Source: Blasia pusilla (taxonomy: Eukaryota). Taken from it: a stretch of 64,000 bases of DNA. Below, in pieces: positions 11,701 to 23,549 of the stretch. Within the stretch, counting starts at the first letter, position 1. The number at the start of each line of letters is the position of its first letter. A model generated the notes under the pieces. It had not been told where the DNA came from, did no database searches, and worked only from the letters and a program-made list of their open reading frames with translations. The stretch is taken from NCBI GenBank assembly GCA_050084515.1, contig CM114271.1, positions 27,590,001 through 27,654,000 on the forward strand, in the 5' to 3' direction. The position numbers and the translations under genes are program-made.

Positions 11701-14113
11701 AGACTCGTGGAGACCAGATAAGTATCTTGATTTCAGGCAGCCGAAGAGGCAGCATCAAGGAACGAATCCGGTGATTGATTTGGATGAGGAAATTACGTAT
11801 ACGCCGCCTAGGTATTCGGGGACCCCGGACCGCTGTCGTATAGTAAAATCAACCAGTGTGTAAACTCCTTCGTCATTAAGTGTTAGATAGAGTTTCATTA
11901 GTATTAAGTAAATTGGCTTAGAAAAAGGAGATTCTTATGTTTAAACCTCTTTATGGTGCCTCTTTTATGCGGGCCCAACTTTAGGAAAAGGAGGTAATAA
12001 ATAAAAGATGACTTTATAAAAGTAAAGTAGTTGCTTTAATGAAAAGCAAAAGTAGTCTTGGTTGGTGGCTAGGTTAGTTGGGGTAATTTGGAAAATATCA
12101 AGTGGGTAAAAGAGGATATTTTGGAAGAGATAAGAGGAAATCTACTTGTATCAAAATGTGATTGGCTAAGCCTTGAGAGGAAGCCATGTGGCACAAGATA
12201 AGATAAGCTCTATTTCGTACTCTTGTGGATCCCTTGTGAGTATATAAAGAGGAGGGACCTTCAAGGGTTCATCACCTTCTATTCCACATCTTGAGTCTCT
12301 CGTGTCTCTCTTGAGTGTATGGTTTTGGGATTGCTTGCTCTTCCAATGAAAGTGGATCACCCCTCTTGGGAGAGTAACTTGACCATGGTCTATTGTTCGA
12401 GAGATTTCTAGAGTGGTGTGTGTGTGTATGTGGGGATGAGAGGTTTGTCACCGTAGAGGAGTTTAGTCATACTAAAATAGCGGATGTTTTGGCTTGTTAC
12501 TTCCCCAATGAGAGTGGATTATCCCTCTTGGGACAATAACTTCGCCAAAACCCATTCCTGAGGAGAGTAGAGAATGTCTGTCAAGCATGGATAGGGTGGA
12601 GCACGAGCTGTGCCGACTTTCCTTTCCTCAATCCTTACCATGTCAAGGTACTCTTTGTAGATAGGCACTGGTTCACTCGCTATTTAGTTTATCATTTTGG
12701 GGAGGCGTTCATGAACTAGGTCATGCAATCTCCAACTCCGGTGATTCTTCCTATTGTCACATATGGAAGGACATGGGATTGTACTTTGTATGTCCTTATA
12801 TAGCGATCCATGGATGTCAATAGGCCTGCTCAAGTAGGGTTTAACACTAGTTGTGCTATCTTCCTCGTGTACAAGCGTAAAATAGTTTATAGGGATTTTA
12901 TAGTTAGGAATTTTGGGGTCCGATGTTACGAAGAAGAAGTGATCGCTCGGCACTTCCATTTGTGATATAATTGTCGTGAGGGAATGGAGAGTGTACATCA
13001 TAATTTTGTATTAAAAAAGGAGAACTTATTAGAGAGTTCACCTTGCATCGACCGCATCTACCGCAGCTAGAAGGCCCGCCCTTGCTCGAAGAAAGACTCT
13101 CGACACGACACCGCTCCCAAATCCGTGATGGAATAACTTCTCCAAAATCAGTGAATGTTTTATTTCAAAAGCCCTCCGTTGCTGGAAGTTCGCAACATCC
13201 GGTCGGTGGGGTAGTTCAACAATATGGGATTCCGGTAATGGAGGTGGATTGCAACCTAAAACGGTGGCATATATCTTGGAGCAACCCAAGACGTGCACCC
13301 ACTTGCAGGGCAGGATCTGATGGCATTAGGAGAGCATACGGCACTTTCTTGAATAAGAATTGTACAAGGATTGGATGACCACTGCGTGGGTTTTGGGGAC
13401 TCAAAACCTTTGTTCGTTTCACGAGGACCGGGGATCAATTGAAGTATTTCTTCTGCCCAAATGAATCTTGCGCTTTCCAGAAGTCTTATCTGGCTGCCAT
13501 TTGAGCTCTGGGGAATACCCCCACGACTTGGCCCATCGCTGCAAGGACGAACTGCACTCAAGACGAAGTGGACAATCTTACAAGTGCCGGTTTCAGACTC
13601 GTAGACGGAGGAAGTTCGAAGCATATTTGCATTACAGAGACCTTCGCATTTCGTATTCAACCCAAGATTGATGTCAACATGTACCCGGGGAAGGTGGATG
13701 ATCTCAATCCACTATTTCTGTTTGAGTCTAGAAATGGGGTGAAGAGAAACAGAATGTGTAGGCCAATGGTGGAGAGAGCAAAGCGAATTGCATCAGCTCG
13801 GGAGGCAAAAATGGAGATCATCGCCACGAAAGATGTCCTGAGTGGCAATGGAATAGGAAGGATGTATTGGATCAGGAACAACAGTGTAAATTCAAGTGTC
13901 ACAAGGGTGTATGTGGTGCACATCTGTTGCTTTCCCACATGTTTATGTGATGACTTTGTCCAAAGAGAGACATGTGGCAAAAGGTATTTCCCTTGTAAGC
14001 ACATGTACTATGTGTTGCTGGTAGTTTTAAGAGAGTCGAAGGTAGGAGTAGGAATCCACCAACCAATTCTGTCCCTCAAAGAAGTGCAAAGTATTTTAAA
14101 CAAACCACTTTGA
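8787..14113 (+). pseudogene. MULE-type DDE transposase with N-terminal Cys/His zinc domain and C-terminal SWIM finger; intron 10800-11323; interrupted by a solo LTR
   Basis: Cys/His cluster CRSPAC..CSHC..CPA..HTH. Core motifs VSFD..NGW..VYDH (D1), FMADNA (D2), AFHWQES (CxxH position), TSGAKSVHSSW (E position, mutated). SWIM motif PTCLCDDF..PCKHMYYV in 13568-14113. Donor CAG|GTGAGT, branch CTAAC, acceptor TTGCAG|. In-frame stops and frameshifts. Confidence 0.8.
11834..13050 (+). mobile_element. Solo LTR (1217 bp) of an unrelated LTR retrotransposon, inserted in the transposase
   Basis: Starts TG, ends TTGCATCG (CA mutated). 5-bp TSD ACCGC at 11829-11833 and 13051-13055. TATATAAA at 12241. AT-rich and non-coding. 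Confidence 0.7.
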
Positions 14114-14528
14114 GGATGCAAAATGAGGTTTTAGATTGTACTTTCATTTTTCCAGAACCTTCACTTTGAGCTTGAACTCTATTCAGCCCAGGGAAAATGA
14201 TAGATTGTTTCCACACCTTGGATGGAAAAAGTGATTGGTTCCACACTTACGATTCCATTGATTTTTCAGTTTTCTAAATTTTGTGCAATTTGCAACCGGT
14301 CGGATGGACTCAGATGGGTTGCCAAAATATGGAAGAGGAAAAGAAAAAAAACTGTGGGACTGCTTAATAACTGAGCAAAAAAGTGCAAAAAAATTCACAC
14401 AAAAAGTTTCCTCTCTTCAACCCAACGGAAACTCTCTTTAAAAAAAAAGTATCTATTTCGGTTGAAGGTAATTTCCTCTCTCCTCTCTTCCTCTCTTTCT
14501 CTCCTCTTACCGCACCTCGTGTGATCAC

Positions 14529-16180
14529 TATCAACAATATGGTTATACACACACTAGGTGTTACGTCCAGACCGAGGGCCAAAGAGGACAATAGAGCGAG
14601 TTGGCGATCCGGATGGACCTAGTGGTCGTGCACCAAGTGGTCCCGTTGGGGGACAAGGAGTTGGATTTGCCTATGGGGGTGGTGGATATGCCCGTGGAGG
14701 AGATAGAGTTGTGCCACCTAGACGAGTTGAGGAAGACTCTAGACGTGAGGCTGGGATGGCTGCTTGGATAGAGTAGCTACAACAACGATCGTCGCTCTAG
14801 CATTGAGGATTTATATACCTGATTTTGGATTGGTGGCATCAACATCATATGGAGCAACCAGAGATATGTGGAAGATCCTGGTCGGATGTGTGGGGCTGCA
14901 TAGATGGAGATAGCCGATGTTGTTATAGGTAGAGCAATTGTAGAGTTGCATCTATAGAGAGTGAAGCCACAAAATAAGCCTAGCTTCCTTAGTCTTTTAC
15001 TTTATCTTAGGCCATGAGATCATGAAGATCCCATTGATGGGTCCTAATCAAAGTTTGTCGAGAGTGGGTGTTATTGGTGTGCAGGCACGACGGGCGATGG
15101 GAGAAGAAATTGCGACAACTCCTATTGCTGATGCTTAGGGGGAACTCGTGTTGAGTACATTGTTGGGGGCAAGCACTATTATATACCATGCCCCATGGTT
15201 TTTAGCTTATGATGTTACGATGTTGGGAGGTATGGCCGATGAGGTTTACCGGCTGGCCGCTATGCTATGTGAGTGTGGAGATGGTGTCACTAACTCATGT
15301 TCAAAGATGCTTGAAGACGAGGTGGTGGACGTGCCCTTTGAGCATGGTTGCACAAAATCGGATAAGTCTGTTCATAAGATGAACATGGGCGGACAAGTTT
15401 GGAAATATCCACAGACATGGATTGCAAAAGGTGGGGCTCACTCTTATAGTTCATGGTGGAAGGCAAAGCAAGGATGGATGGGGCAAGAAGGGAGGAGGGA
15501 GTGGAGGTAGGAAGAGGAAGAAACGAGAAAGTATGGATCAGAAAGGCAAGTGTGGGGATGAGAAAGTAAGGGTAGATGGGGCTAACATAGATAAGTCCTT
15601 CTATAGGATGGACGTAAGTCCACGCATATGGACATGTCCGCAAACACTGAGTTTTTCCATATGCAACCTTGCCTTGGAGCCTATGCTCAGGCCGTCGACC
15701 TTAGATTCATGGCAAGTTAACGTTGCTAGGATGATGGAGAAGCCCGCTAGACCCGCAATAGAGCGTGCCATGGTTTCTTTGGTGTTTTTTTGCTAGAAAC
15801 TTGAGGAGATGTCTTCAATTTGGTGAGTCCAGGAGGCAAAGTTTTTTTCCGCATCGCATCTTGTTAGATTTGCGATCGCAACCCTTGATGTTGGGGAAAG
15901 TAACAATTACAGGGTTAGACCTATTGAGGGCTGATGTAGAATGTTGCTAATTTAGCATACACACATCCTTGGATGGAACAAGTACAATGCAATTTATCAC
16001 CCGACATGAGGTCGTGTTAAGGATTTGACCAAGACATACGTTAGATGAGTTTGTGGTGCGAGCTTAGGCAATAGTGACCAATCCCGAGTCCTATAATGTT
16101 TTGGTTGGAGGAGAAATATTGTACTTGATGGGATTTTCCTAGATTATTGGGAGGAGTCAGCATCCTACAGACCATGATGC
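14529..16180 (+). mobile_element. Decayed gag and protease fragments of the DNMT-gypsy family (host of the MULE; continues from ~270-364)
   Basis: GMAAWIE*LQQR matches MATRIEQLEQK. PHRILLDLRSQPLMLGK (15850) matches PNRFLLDSGVHSLMLGK. ESYNVLVGGEILYLMGF (16085) matches ESYDVLVGGAVLYPMGF of the copy at 28106-37823. Confidence 0.7.
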
Positions 16181-16428
16181 ATATGGAAATCGATTTTCCC
16201 TAGAGTACTAGGAGGCAACTTAGCTGGTTACCCATTCAATTCACGAGTGTAGTGATTGAGCGACGGCCATGAGAGATGGAGACTCTGGCAACATTCAGTA
16301 GTGCCATCACGTGGTGTGAAAAATTGATTGAGGGTCTTGTCCATATGCATCTGCTGGACACACTTGTGATTGACATCCCTTTGGAAAAGAGTGTTATGGT
16401 GGTAACACCATTTTGTGGAGCAGAGGTG

Positions 16429-19400
16429 TGTCGTGCGTGTACACATCGCTATACAACATACATTGTTGTCACTGAATACACACATAAACACGCACGATCC
16501 CATGCTAACTCATGGCATCCAAAGAAGCACACAAGAAGTACCAAAATATCTCCAATCGCCCTCCTAGCTGGTGGTTAGGTCCTTCTAACTCTAGATAGCC
16601 ATCTATCCCTACCTACCACGACATACATCTCTCGGACGCTAAGATCAAGAAGGTCGTGTGCTCATGTGCCCCATCGTTAGTCGCCTTCTTGTCATCCATG
16701 TCACAGACACAAGTTGGAATTTATAACTACCTACTCTATGTACATCTGGGACACATCCATTGTCCCTGAGGAACTCTAGTGAGAGGTGGCATCATGCATG
16801 ACACATGCCATCCTCTCGAACGTCCATCATAGACTAGCATAGTGGCTGCACCACGCGCACAACCATCAACATACATTACAAGCCTGCAAGAACTACTGCT
16901 ACGCTCGGATCAAGTGTATCGTCAATGTTCGAAAGGTGACTCGGGGCACAGTTACGCACATGGTCTTCCAAACCATACCATCGCGTCCCTCCAATAAGAG
17001 AACACATGATGGCAAAACCTCATGCACTCTCAAGATGGTGCGCCTTGCAATCATATCCAACGTTGTGTGTGACGTCTGCTGCAAGTAGACATAGTCTCCC
17101 TGATCAAAACTCCGGATAGTAGGTCGATAACCACCCCGTGAATAGTTGCATATCTCAATGTATCTCGATGTTGTGCGATCACTCTCAAAAAAAATTCAGC
17201 CCTGTGAGAACATGCTCGCATCCATACATCACGGTCATCAAGGTTGAACACCTCACCAACATCTTGACGAATGGCCGTAGGTAAATCTAGCTCTCGGCCA
17301 TACAAAAGCAAGTACGTTGAGAAAGACCCTAAGGATGCCTGCCTGCTGAATGTGTATCCCATCGCCAACCACGGCAACTAGAGGTCCCAATCTCCTAGGT
17401 GACCTCTCTGCAAGCCATACTTGCGTAGTCCTCTTTTCACCGTCTGTACAACCCACTCCACTAGTCCATCCGCCTCACGATGATCTCACGAAGTAGTGCG
17501 GTGGTCGATCAGTGCCAGATCACGCAAGGCCTCAAACTCCCTGCGGAACTCTGTATCCTCATTTGTCAACACCTCAATTGATGAGCCGTAATGACTCATC
17601 ACTCGATCTAGGAAGGCATACGCTATTCCCTCACTCGCTTTGTCAAGCAATGCAACCAACTCTATCCACTTTGAGAAGTGCTCGACCATCACCAACACAT
17701 AACGACTATGGCACTATGTCAAAGGCAAAGGTCCTACGGAATCCAAACTCCATCTACAACCTAAATCCATGATCGGAAGTGGATGCAACTATGAGGTCGG
17801 AGCATTGAATGATGCTCAGACTCGATCACACACCATATATCTATTGTTGAACGTCAGTCTGCATGCATCACCACCAGTACTGAATTTGGAGCAAGATGTA
17901 CGTCCGCTTCACTCCAAAATGATCCAACTCCTCGTTGGTATGACGCACCAAATATGCTCTCTAGAAAGGATGAGGTACTACACGCACTCTACCATCCTCC
18001 CACACTCACAACACATGTGTCCCCTCCCACTGGAACCGTCTGGTTTGTTGTAGGATCCGATCTTGCTCTCTAGCACCCATTGTGCTCACGACGCTACCAG
18101 TACGCAGGTACTCCAAGACCACTCCATCGTCATGAATGTCCGGCCACTTGTTGTCTCCTCACAAGCCTCTGGATCTAAGGATTCTCCATCAGATCTCGCC
18201 ATCAAAGTCTCAAAAATCTGGCTCTCCATAGCCAACAAGCCCAAATAGGTTGACGCACGCCATCCTGGCACCAACTCCTCATCACTCTCACCATGCCAAC
18301 TAGTTCCAGTTGCATCTCGCTGACTCGGCCATAGGTTACGGCTCAAACCATCTGCATCCTGGTTGAGCGTCCCAGGTCTATGCACCAACTAGAAGTCATA
18401 CTTCTGCAACAAAAGAGCCCACCTTGCAAGCTTCCCTGTAAGCTTGTCGGACTCCATCAACCACTTAAATGGCTGATGATCAATAATGATGGTAAAGGGA
18501 TTTCCGGATAGATAAGATCTGAAATGTGCGACAACGCATACTATAGCTAAGCACTCACCCTCATACAAGCTATACTTTGCCTCTGCAATATTTTTTGAGC
18601 GACTACCGTAAGCCACCACGAACTCTCTACCATCATCGTCTTCCTGGGTGAGCACGGCTCCAAGCCCCAACATGCTCCAATTGGTATGCAATTGGAAAGG
18701 ACGCCCCTTGATCGGTCTACTCAATATGGGCACGAACGTCAATATGTCCTTGAGCATCTCAAATGGTCTCTCTTGCTGATCCCCCTAGTGCCACTCTTGA
18801 TCCACCGTGGTCAGCAAGGTCAACGGCTTTGCAATCGAGCTAAAACCCTTGACGTACCGTCAATAGAAGTTTGCCAATCCCATGAATGCACAAACTTAAC
18901 TCACATCTGTAGGGCGTGGAATGCATGAAATAGCCTCTACCTTCGTGTGCTGCACACCAAGGCCCCCTGGGTCTGTCGTATGACCCAAGTACTCAATCTG
19001 GTCGTAGAAGAACTTGCACTTGGCTTGATGTAGCTTCAACCCATGTAACAGCAATCGTCGAAACACCTCCTCTAGATGTCGCTCATGCTCCTCAATCGTG
19101 GCGCTAAAGACTACAATGTCATCAATATAACACCTAGAAAAATCCAGACTTTCCAAGATCCTATCCATGATCCTTTGAAGCTCATCCGAGGCGTTCTTTA
19201 ACCCAAAAGGTAAGAACCGCCATTGGTACAAGAAATCCTTCCCGTGAAGATCGATGCCCCAAAATTCTATCGTCTGCCTGTCCTCCAATCTTATAGGCAG
19301 TTGATGGTATCTGGCTCAAAGATCTAATGAACTGAAGATCTTTGCATGCCCAATAGCATCAAAGATCTCCTCAAGAGTGGGGATGGCATACTTATCGGAC

Positions 19401-21487
19401 TTTGTTTGCCAATTGATAGGTCGGTAATCTCCACACATCCGCCTATCCGTCCAGTTGCCATGCACATCCTTCTTGGCGAGCATGACAGTGGCAGATGCAT
19501 ACTCTCCATGCGACATCTCCACAAGTCCTACGCCAACCAAGTCATGGCTCCTACTCTGAATCAGAGCCCTCTCCCTGTCACTGTACTTGTAGCATCATCA
19601 GAAGATCGACGTGTCACTCGATAACTCAATGCGGATCCCTGGATCCTTCAGCGTACCCAAATCATGCATACTAAATGCAAAACAACTCCTATAACTCCAA
19701 AGGAACTACTGTATCCGGCGCCGCTCTCCTTTTGTCAACTTAGGGCCCATATCTGACTCCCAAGTCTCCATTTTGACTACGGTAAAACTCTCTGGTGCAG
19801 GTGTTGGTGGTTGCCATGGTGCAACCCCATCTTGGACAACAAAACTCGACTGCTCCCCAGCAGCAAACTACAGAATCGGATCTCCATTTGCAGTTTCCGG
19901 AACCACATTCAATGTTGTGGCTATCATCTCTTGGCGTACCTACAAAACATCCCAAGAAGTCCAAGGGTGTCTCTCCCAATCACCCTTGGTGTGTCGATCT
20001 CCTCGGGTCTTGCCCCCCAACCACTGCCTCAACCGTCTTGGTAGGCATGGGGCTCACCAACGCAACTTTTGTGATGTGTCGCATCCTCAAACGACGTTGC
20101 TCAGCTAATCCTAAGCTGAAAATCAATGTTAAGCAGTTCAAGTCCATCGCCTGACCCAAGACATGACGTCGTGATGCCTTTGATAGTGATGGTACCGCCG
20201 TCACTCCTGTGGGGAATCCCATCGCTTGCTCTGGCTCATCAGCGTTGGGCTCCACCAACCTCTTTACCTGGTCATCCCAAACCAAGCCAGGTCCGGCCTC
20301 CTTGAATGCATAGGAAGTGAGAAAACTCACCAATGTGGAAAAGGCTACTCATGGCATGCCAATCTTGTTGACCATAGTGAACGGCAGTTGATCATTGTGC
20401 CTCACTCCATGTGATCGACTGGCCGGACCCAATATAGAATCCACCAAAAAATTGGAGGGATGCTCCACTCTCGCATAAGCCCTCTGCAATACCTCATGTG
20501 GTACCTAGTTGGTGCACCAAAGACACGGGCCGTGTGCTCTAGAACCTACACTCGCCGCATCTAACAACACTGCAGGGCCAATCCCTGCGCGCACTTGATG
20601 TGCACTCGTCACCACACGGGACCTTGAATCGCCAAAAACTAGCACATTCTCCAAAATATATGATGGAGAATGAGGCTGATGCTCTTGTAAATGTCCCAAG
20701 ATCCGCATCATCTCCCAAAATAACCTGGACCAAGTGTCACCTAACCCACTACCTCGTCCAGCACTCGATTGGCCTTGACACGACCAACCAACAATAACCA
20801 AGTCTATGGTCCCTACCCGCTCCAAATCTTGCGCCCCCAACAATGAAATGTTCCTTGGTAGGAAACTCTAGTAACCCTGAATGGCGGACACAGACAACAA
20901 GTCGGGAAAACGAAGGCATAAGTGCGCCACATGATGAAGTGAAGCGCGCCTCACAACATCATAAATCTCCACATAAAAGTACTACTGCACGCGCACTCCA
21001 ACGTGCAAAATAGCAACTAACCCAGTGTTGATCCCTCCAAAGAGATCCAGCATCCAAATACCCTCCTCTGGGATGCACCACACAATCGGGGTGATGTCCA
21101 AAGGGGTCATAGCAACACTCCTACCTACCTGGGGTTCCTCTGACCCGTCACACTCTAAAGCAAACGTCTCGCTCCACGCGGTCTACACATGCTGAGTGGC
21201 TAAGCGTCGAAGCTCCTCAGTCGAGCCCCAAAGCAGCACCTCTCCTCCATGGACTGATGCGGCTACCATGACACTCCTCTCCATAAAAAGTCAGGAACGG
21301 GAGTATCCTCTATACGGACATGTCCCTCAATCAAATCACTAGGCCAAGTTATGGCACTCCTAAATGCTGCTAAGGTTGCCATCTCTCTTGGCCGTCGCTC
21401 GGTCACTGCACATATGAATTGAACGGGTAATGAGCTAAGGCGCCCATCACTTGACTGCCATCATGGTTTGTAGGATGCTGACTCCTC
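16429..21487 (-). mobile_element. 5'-truncated Ty3/gypsy copy G1: DNMT-RT-RNaseH-INT-PHD, ending in a B repeat
   Basis: RT (RMCGDYRPIN, PFGLKNA, YIDD), RNase H (FQLHTNWS..YGSR..EGECLA), integrase (VMVEHFSKWIE), PHD remnants ~16740-16880, purine tract GGAGGGCGA, then B repeat ending CACGACA at 16429. Confidence 0.9.
20130..21060 (-). pseudogene. DNMT3-like C5-cytosine methyltransferase domain in G1
   Basis: MLDLFGGINTGL (I), IDLVIVGWSCQG (IV), YILENV (VI), LDAASVGSRAHGPCLW (VIII), EQAMGFPTGVT (IX), RRHVLGQAMD (X). Confidence 0.85.
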
Positions 21488-21884
21488 TGTCGTGCGCATA
21501 CATATCGCTACACAACATACATCGCTAATCACATCTACACCACACAACACCGATCTTCCCCACACACGGATCGATCCACACATGTACAAAAATCAACTCA
21601 TACATATACATGGAGATCACACAACAAAAATAAAGAGTAGTAAAAATGGTACACCCGGCCCAAAACTCCACTCCTCAATCTACATCGGCATATCGAGCCT
21701 CGTCCACCCTGTGCTATCAAGGAATCTGGACGCTAGCATCCTAGTCCTATCTCACACACATACATGAGACGTGCTCCAACCGCCCAACATGAGAAAGATG
21801 GCTTAGGAAAGCCATCTTCCTCTCTTATATAGGGTTGGGAAGAGCCAAAAGGCTCTTCCCCTAAAAATAGCCTTTCCCTTGGTA
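21488..21884 (-). mobile_element. Truncated terminal repeat, second copy of the 1928-2543 repeat
   Basis: Near-identical to 1928-2323 over ~400 bp. Confidence 0.9.
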
Positions 21885-22794
21885 GGTCATCCTCAACCTC
21901 CTGAGTCTGTCCTCCACTACTAGTGAAGGCGCTCTACTAGATCTCACCGATCTATCCTAAAATACGTGAGATACGCCACACAATGGGTATGGTGTCCAAA
22001 GGTGACATTGTAGCACCCCGTCTAACTCAGGTTCCTCTTACTTATCATGCTCTTGTCCAAATGCCTCACTCTAGGTCATTTGCATATGCTCATTATCCAG
22101 TTGCAAGCTTTGAAGCCTCTCACTCGAGCCCCTCAAAGGCACCTGTCAAAGGATAGATCGATGAGATCTAGTAGAGCACCTTCAGGAGTAGTGGAGGAAA
22201 GACTCAGGAGGTTGAGGATGAGCTATTGAGGCTCCGGGAAACCTGAGGGAGTAGGTTTCCCCTTCGTTTCGGCTCATTTGGAGCCATATTGAGGAACTTA
22301 CTATTTTAGATATGTACCATTTTGAGTATATGATTGACTTTCTATTTTTGGTAAGTGGCCCTTGACCTCCTACATTAGGTCAAGAGCCAAGGATGTGACT
22401 TGGAAGCATAAGTTACCGTGGAGAGAGCTTGGAAGAGGGGAGGGGTATACCTCAAGGAGAGAGAGCTTGAGAGCTCATTCTCTTTGTTGAACCTCTTGGC
22501 ACGAGGCAGTAGAGCTATAGTCCCTTGCCTTATGAGTGTAACCGAAGCCTCTTATTAGGAGAGTGGGTTTAGTTTGACATTGAGAGAGACATGTTAGAGT
22601 GCACACATGTGAGGACTATGGTGTTGTGAGAGAGATTGGATATTACTTTATTGGAGATATTTTGGTACTTCTTGTCTCGTTGTTTGGATGCCATGAGTTA
22701 GCATGGGATCGTGCGTGTTTTGTGTGTGTGTGTGTGTGTGTGTGTGTTTGGTGATAACTATTTATGTTGTGTAGCGATGTGTATGCGCACGACA
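21885..22794 (+). mobile_element. Solo A+B terminal repeat whose 5' start and flank are inverted
   Basis: A part 22150-22650 and B part 22651-22794 ending GCGCACGACA. Its 5' start lies inverted at 21971-21885. TSD CGTA (21975-21972, minus strand) / GGTA (22795-22798). (GT)n at 22722-22746. Confidence 0.75.
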
Positions 22795-23549
22795 GGTATC
22801 CTAGCGGAGGGTATTTGAATGTTGGATCCCTTTGGAGGGATTAGCACTAGGCTGGCTGCTGTTTTGCTAGCATACGTGCGTGTGCAACAATACTTGTACA
22901 TAGATCTTGATGAGATTATGAGATGCATCTCTCTTCAACATGTGGCGCAATTATGCCTCTATTTTCCTAACTTGTTATCTACGTCAACCGTGCAGGAGGA
23001 TTAGAGTTCTTTACTGGGAGACATTTCTTAGCTAGGGGCACAAGACTTGGATCGGGCAGGGTCCGTGGGGACCATTGATTTGATCATTGCAGATTGGACA
23101 TATCATGGCCAATCGAGTGTTAGACGCAGTAGTGGTTTAGCTGACACATGGTCCAGGTTATTTTGGGAGAGGATAAAGATCTTGCAACACTTGCAAGAAC
23201 AATAGTCTTGTTCTCTAGCTTACATTATGGAGATTTTTTTTATCTTGGGCGATCCGCGGTCACGAGTGATGACAAGTATATATCAAGTGCATTCATGGGT
23301 CGGCTTTGCAATATTCTTGGATGCGGAAAGTGTAGGATCACGAGCACATCACCCACATCTTTGGTGGACCAATTTGGTACCACATGAGCTATTGAGGAGG
23401 GCATACGCAAGAGTGGAGCATCCCTCCCATTTTTTGGTGGATTCCATTTTGGCTCCAAGACGACCATCACATGCAATAAGGCACGATGATTGCCTTTCGT
23501 TAATAGTGGTCAACATGATTGGCATGTTATGCGAAACCTTTCTCATATT

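Larger units (their letters stand above)
365..14518 (+). mobile_element. Mutator-like (MULE) DNA transposon, ~14.2 kb including nested LTRs, with transposase and a divergent cargo gene
   Basis: Flanked by direct repeat GTGTGATCAC (355-364 and 14519-14528). Imperfect GA-rich terminal inverted repeats: left GGGGGC..AGGAGAGAGGAAGAGAGGAGAG, right reverse complement GAGGTGC..AGGAGAGAAAGAGAGGAAGAGAGGAGAG. Internal DDE/SWIM transposase. Removing it restores a gypsy gag zinc-knuckle (GAG TGT GAT CAC = ECDH). Confidence 0.8.
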
